Shown one piece after another: positions 7,937-15,117 of a stretch of DNA of 53,897 nucleotides. A program made the translations under genes and the position numbers. The stretch's first letter is position 1. Each line of letters starts with the position of its first letter. The notes beneath the pieces are model-generated. The model made no database searches. It was not told the origin of the DNA and saw only the letters and a list, made by a program, of their open reading frames with translations. Origin of the DNA: a virus (Duplodnaviria > Caudoviricetes); the IMG/VR virus record IMGVR_UViG_3300013094_000063, positions 1 to 53,897 of that record; one strand, given 5' to 3'.

Positions 7937-8568
7937 ATAGAGCCCGAAAGGGCTCTTTTGTTTTCCCAATATAATCGTCTTTTCTCTGCCATCTTTGCCC
8001 GGGTCTCGGGGCTTTGAACTCTTCCACGCAAACCTGCAGATATTTTAGCTCGTGTTTCGTCCGATGATTTAGTACCAGACCTTATTTGGGACATAAGTTT
8101 TTTTTGAGCCTCAAACATAGGCTTGCCCTTATTGTGAGCTGGTTGTCCTTTTCTAGCCGCTGATATATTTCGCTTGCCTTGTTCAGAATGCGGTTTTTTC
8201 TTTTTACCTGTTTGAGCTAAAGATACATTCCTCCTATGCTCCTCAGTCAGATGATCCTTGGTAACAAAATATTTCCCGCCAATATTTTCATTAAACCAAT
8301 GTTCGTTATTAACTACATCCAATCTCTTCAATACACGATGTTCCCACTCTATAGCAGATGCCTTGTCACTAAATGTCTTTCGGATCTCGAATATGAAACT
8401 GTCGACCCCATGTTCTGTTATCAATCTTTTGATCTTTTTAGATGATGTGAAATAGTTGGTCCAGAGTTCTCCAGGATGGCATCCTCGGCGAGTTCGAACT
8501 CCGTAGTAGTGTTGCCCTGTGAGCTTAAATGTAATACGATAGGTAAATGGTGTATAAATATTATCCAC
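7933..8568 (-). CDS. GIY-YIG (Seg-like) homing endonuclease with NUMOD3 repeats
   Basis: FTYRITFKLTGQHYYG...YFTSS...EHRVL...FNEN, then HSEQGKRNIS, SDETRAKIS, SPETRAKMA repeats. Start placed at GTG 8568 (GAGGAG 7 nt upstream) rather than ATG 8583. Confidence 0.88.
   Translation of the reverse strand: MDNIYTPFTYRITFKLTGQHYYGVRTRRGCHPGELWTNYFTSSKKIKRLITEHGVDSFIFEIRKTFSDKASAIEWEHRVLKRLDVVNNEHWFNENIGGKYFVTKDHLTEEHRRNVSLAQTGKKKKPHSEQGKRNISAARKGQPAHNKGKPMFEAQKKLMSQIRSGTKSSDETRAKISAGLRGRVQSPETRAKMAEKRRLYWENKRALSGSI
7939..7964 (+). terminator. Rho-independent terminator after MoxR
   Basis: AGAGCCC-GAAA-GGGCTCT followed by TTTGTTTT. Confidence 0.85.
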
Positions 8569-8635
8569 GCTGTAACTCCTCATAGTTATAGAGCTCCTGG
8601 ATGTTGACGCATCGCGAGGGGCATTTTTATTTATA
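8569..8635 (-). ncRNA. Late promoter plus conserved structured leader (copy A)
   Basis: Minus strand reads TATAAATA AAAAT GCCCCT CGC GATG cgtcaa CATC C AGGAGC TCT A TAACT atgagg AGTTA CAGC; aligns with 53260-53327. Confidence 0.7.
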
Positions 8636-8653
8636 CCAATTTTGCCATATTTC

Positions 8654-8681
8654 TTGAATCTTTTTATAGATTATGTATAAT
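8654..8681 (+). promoter_or_regulatory. Possible sigma70-type promoter for the ParB-like gene
   Basis: TTGAAT-16 nt-TATAAT. Confidence 0.5.
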
Positions 8682-8688
8682 TAAATGA

Positions 8689-8754
8689 GTATCACATTTT
8701 TGCGATACACTATAAAATATTTTATAGAAAAACCGCCGAACTTTTTGAAGTCGG
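8689..8754. repeat. Cluster of three inverted repeats
   Basis: GTATCACA-tttt-TGCGATAC (8689-8708, one mismatch); perfect 18-bp palindrome CTATAAAATATTTTATAG (8710-8727); CCGA-a-CTT-tttg-AAG-TCGG (8736-8754). Confidence 0.7.
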
Positions 8755-8783
8755 TACCTTAACATTTATATAAAGGAAAAAGT

Positions 8784-9740
8784 ATGTTAAATCTATTAAG
8801 TCAATCTGCCTCTAAAGGCGTCTCAGCAGTTGAATTACCCAAAAGTCTACAACATTTAATCAATGGTCCTGCCATTGGTGTTCCCGCTCCTGGAGATAGA
8901 ATTTCTGTAGATACTCCGATGAGTATTGTTCAACGACCATTACATAAATCTTATGTTATACAGCATATTGAAAAAAGCCAGTGTGTTGATTGGAATTTAT
9001 TTGGATATGTAACTGCTGTTCGAAATCAAGAAGGTAATTTAGAAATGATAAATGGCCAGCATCGAACCAGTTTAGTTAAAACACTGTTGCCTGGCTGTAA
9101 AGAAATTCCGGCACATATTATCGACAGTAATGATTCAGAGTATGTGGCAAAATTATTTGGGCTCATGAACGGAGGTGCTACCAGAAATGTAACCCGAGAA
9201 GAGAGATTATGGGCAGACGTTTTAGCTAAAGATCCAAAAGCTCTTCATGTTAAAGCAGTATTAGAAAAGTGCGATTTAGCCTGCGGTATGGTAAATGCCG
9301 CAGAAGGACGCATTGATGTTAAGTTGGCCAATTTTGAAAAATGTATTAGTTTTGGATCAGAAGAAGCACTAGTAAGAGCAATCAATCTAATAAGACAGGC
9401 ATGGCCAGGAAAAACAGCCATTGATAATTTATTATCTGGTCTAACAAGACTATTCGCTTTGCCACAATATAAAGATTTGTCCAACAATAAAATTGCTACC
9501 GGTAAGCATTTTGAAAAATGGTTTGTTGATATTGTTCCGGCAGTGTTAAGTTGGAATCAATTACAATTTAAGGTTTATCGAAATAATCCCCGCTGGTATG
9601 AAGGCATAGCTTATGGTATTGCTAAACAATTTAGGACCTACATGGTTGGTCAAGGACTTGTTAGTCCTGCTTTGAAAACTATTAAAGATATCTACACAAA
9701 AGGTATCGACGGGTCGATTAGTGACGACGACGAAGAGTAA
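8784..9740 (+). CDS. ParB/Srx-superfamily (DGQHR-type) protein
   Basis: VQRPL...DWNLFG...MINGQHR...AKLFGLMN motif order typical of ParB-like N-terminal domains; acidic tail; AAGGA RBS. Confidence 0.7.
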   Translation: MLNLLSQSASKGVSAVELPKSLQHLINGPAIGVPAPGDRISVDTPMSIVQRPLHKSYVIQHIEKSQCVDWNLFGYVTAVRNQEGNLEMINGQHRTSLVKTLLPGCKEIPAHIIDSNDSEYVAKLFGLMNGGATRNVTREERLWADVLAKDPKALHVKAVLEKCDLACGMVNAAEGRIDVKLANFEKCISFGSEEALVRAINLIRQAWPGKTAIDNLLSGLTRLFALPQYKDLSNNKIATGKHFEKWFVDIVPAVLSWNQLQFKVYRNNPRWYEGIAYGIAKQFRTYMVGQGLVSPALKTIKDIYTKGIDGSISDDDEE

Positions 9741-9748
9741 TTAAGAAG

Positions 9749-9764
9749 GGGCCCTGCGGGGCCT
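9749..9764 (+). terminator. GC hairpin, possible weak terminator or processing site
   Basis: GGCCC-TGCG-GGGCC just after the stop; no U tract. Confidence 0.4.
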
Positions 9765-9801
9765 ACTCTCACCTCACTAAAAATTACAAGGAAAAATAAC
9801 A

Positions 9802-10212
9802 ATGAATAAAAAGAAGCCAATAAGAAACTATAGATCCATCAGCGAGATGTTAGATGGTATAGGTGGTCACAAGCACAAAAAGAGTAACGAAGAACAACCA
9901 TATACCGGCTTACGAAGACCTGGCAACGAAAATAAACCATCAGATCCGTCGAAAACAGAAGATATAATAAGAATGATAAGGGAGAGGCATGAACAGGCCA
10001 AAGAACAACAGGCTAGTTTTCACGAGTTCAAAGAGTTGGAACCCGCTACCAATGCCATGGGACTCTACTTACAGATCGTCGAAGCTGTTCAAGGTGAAAA
10101 GGATCCAGAAAAGATCCGAGGTCATTTCGAATATATGCTACAGATGATTTTGGAAGATGTGCCCGACGACATGGCTTCATATATCAGTGATAAGATCTGG
10201 GGATTACCTTGA
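9802..10212 (+). CDS. Hypothetical protein
   Basis: 136-aa ORF with AAGGA RBS. Confidence 0.75.
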   Translation: MNKKKPIRNYRSISEMLDGIGGHKHKKSNEEQPYTGLRRPGNENKPSDPSKTEDIIRMIRERHEQAKEQQASFHEFKELEPATNAMGLYLQIVEAVQGEKDPEKIRGHFEYMLQMILEDVPDDMASYISDKIWGLP

Positions 10213-10237
10213 TATTTTCCAAAATATCTGTTATAAT
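10209..10237 (+). promoter_or_regulatory. Sigma70-type early promoter, extended -10
   Basis: TTGATA-17 nt-TATAAT with TG at 10229-30. Confidence 0.82.
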
Positions 10238-10270
10238 AGTGTATTACTAACACACACAAGGAAAAACAAA

Positions 10271-10447
10271 ATGGCCGTAAAATCATGGTATCTATCGGTA
10301 GTAGAAAAAGGCACTAACAAGGCAGTCGAAGGACTCAAGAGCAAGATGTTCTTCACCGCTCCGGATATGAACAAATGGGTTAAAGAACAAGAATTACAAG
10401 AAAAATATCCGCCAGAACAATACTATTACATCAAAGAAAACTATTGA
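10271..10447 (+). CDS. Small hypothetical protein (58 aa)
   Basis: ATG 10271 after promoter and AAGGA; track start 10157 lies upstream of the promoter. Confidence 0.75.
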   Translation: MAVKSWYLSVVEKGTNKAVEGLKSKMFFTAPDMNKWVKEQELQEKYPPEQYYYIKENY

Positions 10448-10472
10448 CCTTTTGGTAAAAAGAAGCTATAAT
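10444..10472 (+). promoter_or_regulatory. Sigma70-type early promoter
   Basis: TTGACC-17 nt-TATAAT. Confidence 0.82.
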
Positions 10473-10503
10473 AGTATATATATACAGTTAAAAAGGAGCC
10501 CAG

Positions 10504-11757
10504 ATGTCGTCAGTGATGAAAGCAGAGAAAACAGCTAAACCTAAAAAAACTCGTGAGTTTACTGCTGTTGAAAAGAACAAGATCGTAGAAAAACTAGTCA
10601 CTGCTCGTGTAGGCCTACTACTGCGACATCCATTCTTCGGCAATCTGGCTACTCGTTTAGAATTAGTTGATGCTAGTGATTGGTGCTCAACATTGGCTAC
10701 AGATGGTCGTAAATTTTATTACTCAAATGAATTTGTCAACAAGCTGACTCCAAAACAGGCAGAGTTTGGATTCGCACACGAAGTGCTACATAATGTATTC
10801 GATCACATGGGACGCCGAGATGGCAGAGATCCAACATTGTCAAACATCGCCGCTGACTATGCGGCTAATCAGATCCTCAAAGATGAACGTATCGGTGAAG
10901 TTCCCGAGTTTATCAAGATCTTCCAAGATAACAAATACCGTGGTTGGAGTTATGAGCAGATCTATAACGAGCTTTATGATAAAGCAGAGAAGATCGACAT
11001 CAGTGAGTTAGGTGAACTCTTAGACGAACATCTAGATGGTGAAGGTGATGAAGATGGGGATGGAGAAGGTGACGGCAAAGATGGCACAGGTCGTCCTAGA
11101 CTCTCCGCAGAAGAAAAGAAAAAGATACGCGATGAGATCAAAGAAGCCATGGTAGCCGCGGCACAGGCCGCAGGTGCCGGACGTATTCCAGCAGGTGTAG
11201 CACGCATGATCAGTGATTTCACAGAACCAAAGATGGATTGGCGTCAACTGTTACGTATGAGCATACAGAGCATCCTAAAGAGCAACTTCAGCTTCAGCCG
11301 TCCAAACCGTAAATCACAACACTCAGGTGCTGTGTTGCCAGGTATGATGAATGAAGAAACTATCGATGTATCTATCGCTATCGACATGTCAGGCAGTATC
11401 AGCGATAAACAGGCCAAAGACTTCTTATCAGAAGTCAAAGGCATTATGGACGAATATGTAGACTTCAAGTTAGATATCTGGTGCTTTGATACCCAGGTAT
11501 ACAATTATGCCAAATTCACCGGTGACACCGCTGATGAGATCATGAGCTATGAGGTCAAAGGCGGCGGCGGTACTGACTTCGATGTCAATTGGAAGTTTAT
11601 GCAAGATGAAGACATCGTTCCTAAGAAGTTTATCATGTTTACAGACGGATATCCCTGCGGTAGTTGGGGTGATGAGGACTACTGCGATACCCTGTTTATC
11701 ATACATGGCGACGAAACCATAAATGCGCCATTTGGCCAGACCGCTCATTATAAATAA
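10504..11757 (+). CDS. Metallopeptidase-like (HExxH) plus VWA domain protein (DUF2201 type), MoxR partner
   Basis: TLATDG, AHEVLH, NIAAD..N; acidic Gly linker; MIDAS DMSGS, GGGGTDF, FTDG. Confidence 0.9.
   Translation: MSSVMKAEKTAKPKKTREFTAVEKNKIVEKLVTARVGLLLRHPFFGNLATRLELVDASDWCSTLATDGRKFYYSNEFVNKLTPKQAEFGFAHEVLHNVFDHMGRRDGRDPTLSNIAADYAANQILKDERIGEVPEFIKIFQDNKYRGWSYEQIYNELYDKAEKIDISELGELLDEHLDGEGDEDGDGEGDGKDGTGRPRLSAEEKKKIRDEIKEAMVAAAQAAGAGRIPAGVARMISDFTEPKMDWRQLLRMSIQSILKSNFSFSRPNRKSQHSGAVLPGMMNEETIDVSIAIDMSGSISDKQAKDFLSEVKGIMDEYVDFKLDIWCFDTQVYNYAKFTGDTADEIMSYEVKGGGGTDFDVNWKFMQDEDIVPKKFIMFTDGYPCGSWGDEDYCDTLFIIHGDETINAPFGQTAHYK
11749..11756 (+). promoter_or_regulatory. Late promoter TATAAATA
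   Basis: Exact T4 late consensus overlapping the VWA gene stop, 12 nt before ATG 11769. Confidence 0.7.
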
Positions 11758-11768
11758 GTGAGTATATA

Positions 11769-12065
11769 ATGTCGCTTAGTCGTCAGGAAGTTAATCCTCT
11801 AGGTATTTTAGGTCTGCGTAAATTGAATTTTATTCCGGCTCATTTTACCAAGATTTCGGTAGATGTATCTGTGGATATCAAACTTCTAGATCGCTGGATT
11901 GGCTATAACTTAAATAGTAGGTATGCTATTAGACAAGGTTACAGTTTAGATTCAGATAATAAACTAATAGATGTTATAGAAATAGGTATAGAGGATCCAA
12001 AAGAAATATTAATGTTATCTCTAGGATGCCCTTATATACACTCAAACAACAAGGAAAAGAATTAA
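11769..12065 (+). CDS. Hypothetical phage protein
   Basis: 98-aa ORF after late promoter. Confidence 0.75.
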   Translation: MSLSRQEVNPLGILGLRKLNFIPAHFTKISVDVSVDIKLLDRWIGYNLNSRYAIRQGYSLDSDNKLIDVIEIGIEDPKEILMLSLGCPYIHSNNKEKN

Positions 12066-12066
12066 A

Positions 12067-12333
12067 ATGGAAAATCAAGAACAAGCTCAGACAACAACTC
12101 CAGAAGGAGTAGCACCACAGGCTCCAGCACAGCCAGAGTTCAGCATCGCTGATCTACAGAATCTACGTGCTATCGTTGACCTATCAGCCAAGCGTGGAAC
12201 ATTTACAGGTGCCGAACTGTCATCAGTAGGACAGGTATTTGATCGCTTAAATGCTTTCTTAAATGCTGTAGCACCTCCACAGCAGACTGCACAGACACCT
12301 GCTGATACTACAACGGACGCACCAGCAGCCTAA
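12067..12333 (+). CDS. Hypothetical phage protein
   Basis: 88 aa; helical core (IADLQNLRAIVDLSAKRGTF) with Pro/Ala/Gln-rich tails. Confidence 0.8.
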   Translation: MENQEQAQTTTPEGVAPQAPAQPEFSIADLQNLRAIVDLSAKRGTFTGAELSSVGQVFDRLNAFLNAVAPPQQTAQTPADTTTDAPAA

Positions 12334-12345
12334 TAGGAGACCGAG

Positions 12346-12942
12346 ATGAAACACATAGCAAAAATGAAAAACAATTCTGCTCGAGTTGTGGTAGCTTATA
12401 GAACTATCCCCGGAGATGCAGGAAGTGCTCTTGTAGTTGGAACACAGGGCCTACCAGATGCTTATCACGACAGTTTGATGCAGTTGGTACAGGAAGATGC
12501 CGGACAACAGACCAATGAACTAGCAGATGTCCTAGCGGTCCGTAAATTCCCAGATGGTACGAATATGTTGGAATTTTTGCATACACGTGGTCATCTCAAA
12601 AAGGTTCCTACCAATCTAGTTCTGATGACTCCTAACACTCAAACAACTATCCAGTTAGATGAGTTAAACAAGATGATCGCTGAACAAAAAGGCCTTACTG
12701 TAGATGACCTAGCTGTCAGTGAAGGCGTAGATGTTCCAGTTAAGAAATCTTCTAGTCAAGAAGAAGTAGTAGTCAGTGATGTACCTGCTGTTCAACCACA
12801 GGCTCCAACACCGGCTTCACTGCGTTCTAAAGCAGATGAATTATTGGCAGAAGCCAAGGCTCTACGTGAACTAGCAGACTCATTAGATAAACCAAAAGCC
12901 AAGGCAGCACCTAAAACTAAAAAGACCACGGTCACAGTTTAA
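12346..12942 (+). CDS. Hypothetical phage protein
   Basis: AGGAG RBS; 198 aa with coiled-coil and basic tail. Confidence 0.82.
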   Translation: MKHIAKMKNNSARVVVAYRTIPGDAGSALVVGTQGLPDAYHDSLMQLVQEDAGQQTNELADVLAVRKFPDGTNMLEFLHTRGHLKKVPTNLVLMTPNTQTTIQLDELNKMIAEQKGLTVDDLAVSEGVDVPVKKSSSQEEVVVSDVPAVQPQAPTPASLRSKADELLAEAKALRELADSLDKPKAKAAPKTKKTTVTV

Positions 12943-12963
12943 CGGGCCTAGAGTATTATCACG

Positions 12964-12991
12964 ATAGGGGCCTAGGCCCCTATATCTTTTT
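12964..12991 (+). terminator. Rho-independent terminator before thyA
   Basis: Perfect 20-bp palindrome ATAGGGGCCTAGGCCCCTAT (12964-83) followed by ATCTTTTT. Confidence 0.7.
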
Positions 12992-13001
12992 AAGGAATAA
13001 G

Positions 13002-13883
13002 ATGTTAAACGCAGATCATACATATACAAATGCACTCCACGAGATATTAGAAACAGGAGAACACAGAGAGGATCGAACAGGAACCGGTACTATCGGTGTC
13101 TTTGGAATGAATCTTAAATTTGATCTAGGCAAAGTATTTCCAGCCATAACCACTAAAAAATTAGCCTGGAGATCTGTAGTATCAGAACTGCTTTGGTTTA
13201 TCAGTGGCAGTGGCGATGAGCGCAGATTAAAAGAATTACTCTATGGCGATGCAAATTCAGACAAGAAAACCATCTGGTCAGATAATGAATCAGCTGACTA
13301 TTGGCAACGCCGTAAAAAGTTCAAAGGTGACCTAGGAAGGGTCTATGGAGTACAATGGCGTACCTGGCGTGCTCCGGTATTTGGTGCCAATCGAATGGGA
13401 GTAAAGCACATAGATCAGTTGATAGATCTGATCAACAATATCAAAAAGGATCCCTATAGCCGACGCCATATACTGTCAGCTTGGAATCCAGGTGAACTAG
13501 AATTGATGGCTCTGCCCCCTTGCCATATGATGGCACAGTTCTATGTTAGCAAGGATAACAAACTAAGCTGCCAAATGTATCAGCGTTCAGCAGATATGTT
13601 CTTGGGATTGCCATTTAATATCGCCAGCTATGCTCTATTGACACATATGATAGCCCAGGTATGCGGATTAGGTGTAGGATCGCTGACTATCTGTATCGGA
13701 GACGCCCATATCTATTCTAATCACGTAGATCAGGTAAAAGAACAGTTGTCAAGGAAACCATTTCCTCTACCAAAATTGATGTTGAGCCCAGGAATAGATA
13801 ATATATTAGATTTTACTATGGACGACATCGTCTTAGCAGACTATCAGTGCCACGATGCTATAAGAGCACCAATGGCTGTCTAG
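13002..13883 (+). CDS. thyA: Thymidylate synthase
   Basis: DRTGTGT, ELLWF, LG.VYG.QWR, SRR, MALPPCH, YQRSAD.FLGLPFNIASY, GDAHIY.NH; uninterrupted. Confidence 0.97.
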   Translation: MLNADHTYTNALHEILETGEHREDRTGTGTIGVFGMNLKFDLGKVFPAITTKKLAWRSVVSELLWFISGSGDERRLKELLYGDANSDKKTIWSDNESADYWQRRKKFKGDLGRVYGVQWRTWRAPVFGANRMGVKHIDQLIDLINNIKKDPYSRRHILSAWNPGELELMALPPCHMMAQFYVSKDNKLSCQMYQRSADMFLGLPFNIASYALLTHMIAQVCGLGVGSLTICIGDAHIYSNHVDQVKEQLSRKPFPLPKLMLSPGIDNILDFTMDDIVLADYQCHDAIRAPMAV

Positions 13884-15115
13884 ACTACCAGTACTTCTAT
13901 CACTCCAAAGCCCTGGTCTTGACTGCCTAGGGCTTTCGCTATTACAGCGTTTGGACTATGATCTTCGGTTATAGCCTGGGCATATCCGGCTGTGGTGCTG
14001 GTGACTAGTAGATCACCTCGTTGTACACGACCCACTACCTTGCAAGGTACACGACCTTTTAAGGCAATATAGGGGTGAGTTTCGTCGGTTCCTGCTTCGG
14101 AATTCATCTGATATGCTGGATTTTTGCTGACAATTCCAATGACTTTTACATCACCTGGAATATATGTAGTAGTAACTTCAGCTTCACCACCTATGACTAA
14201 TACAGTGCCTTCTTCATATAGATCATCTGCTTCATAGCGTTCTGCTAGGTCAGCAAATTGAGCCGATGAAGCCACAGTGTTCAGCACACCGTTGGCATAG
14301 GTAATACCACTATCTGTAACTAAACTAGTGCCGCCTGTACTGGTACTGGCCAATGGAACGTAGTAGGGACTAGTTACTGTGGTAGGTGTCACTGTAACGC
14401 CGGCAGCTGTTACGGCTGATAATGATTCTGCGGCAGTTCCCCAGAAGTAATAATCACTACCTCGGGTACTGCCCAAAGGTACATCTGGATTAACCAAATA
14501 TCCTGTGTTGGGATCTATGCTGTTGGCACCAGACAGTGTGATTCCTCTAACCACAACAGGGAAACGTGCAGGATCTAGATCTGTACTTTGATAAGGTATA
14601 AAACTAGGATCAGTTTCACTCATCACAGCGATAATCTTATTACCGATGGTACCTTTAAGGATGGTTATGGCAGGACTGCTGACATTAGAATATTCATCAT
14701 TAGGCAACCAATTGGCTTTGGTACTTAGGCTAGGTCCTATGATCTGATATGCGGATCCGTCGAAGGTTTTTAACAGTTGATTCTGGGTATCCCACCACAG
14801 GTCTCCTACTACACTATAAACAGGAATAGTAGATTGTATGCGGATGGTAGCTAGACCTTTGAAACTAGATCCATCATAGACTTTTAGTTTACTCTGGGTA
14901 GGATTCGTATCGAACCAGGTTTGGCCGATGATAGGTTTAGCTGGTTGAGAAGTATTGGCGAAATTTTCCAATAGATAGACGAAATTTTCGTTTATAGCCA
15001 GTCCATATCCTGCATAGTTCTTACCTACTAGATTTAGGCTGGTACTGATATCTACATTAGAATCATCTACTGTGGTTAATACTTTTCCGTCGGTTTTATA
15101 TATTAAGTATGGCAT
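13880..15115 (-). CDS. Tail fibre/baseplate-appendage protein with C-terminal chaperone-like domain
   Basis: N-terminal LNLVGKNYAGYG..INENF..LLENFA...GQ.WFD module; C-terminal ADLAERYEAD..Y..GTVLVIGG...IALKGRVPCKV. Confidence 0.8.
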   Translation of the reverse strand: MPYLIYKTDGKVLTTVDDSNVDISTSLNLVGKNYAGYGLAINENFVYLLENFANTSQPAKPIIGQTWFDTNPTQSKLKVYDGSSFKGLATIRIQSTIPVYSVVGDLWWDTQNQLLKTFDGSAYQIIGPSLSTKANWLPNDEYSNVSSPAITILKGTIGNKIIAVMSETDPSFIPYQSTDLDPARFPVVVRGITLSGANSIDPNTGYLVNPDVPLGSTRGSDYYFWGTAAESLSAVTAAGVTVTPTTVTSPYYVPLASTSTGGTSLVTDSGITYANGVLNTVASSAQFADLAERYEADDLYEEGTVLVIGGEAEVTTTYIPGDVKVIGIVSKNPAYQMNSEAGTDETHPYIALKGRVPCKVVGRVQRGDLLVTSTTAGYAQAITEDHSPNAVIAKALGSQDQGFGVIEVLVV

Positions 15116-15117
15116 AG

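Noticed and set aside
13002-13883. Group I intron in thymidylate synthase (as in T4 td)
   Set aside because: The ORF is continuous, of normal length, with all motifs in order.
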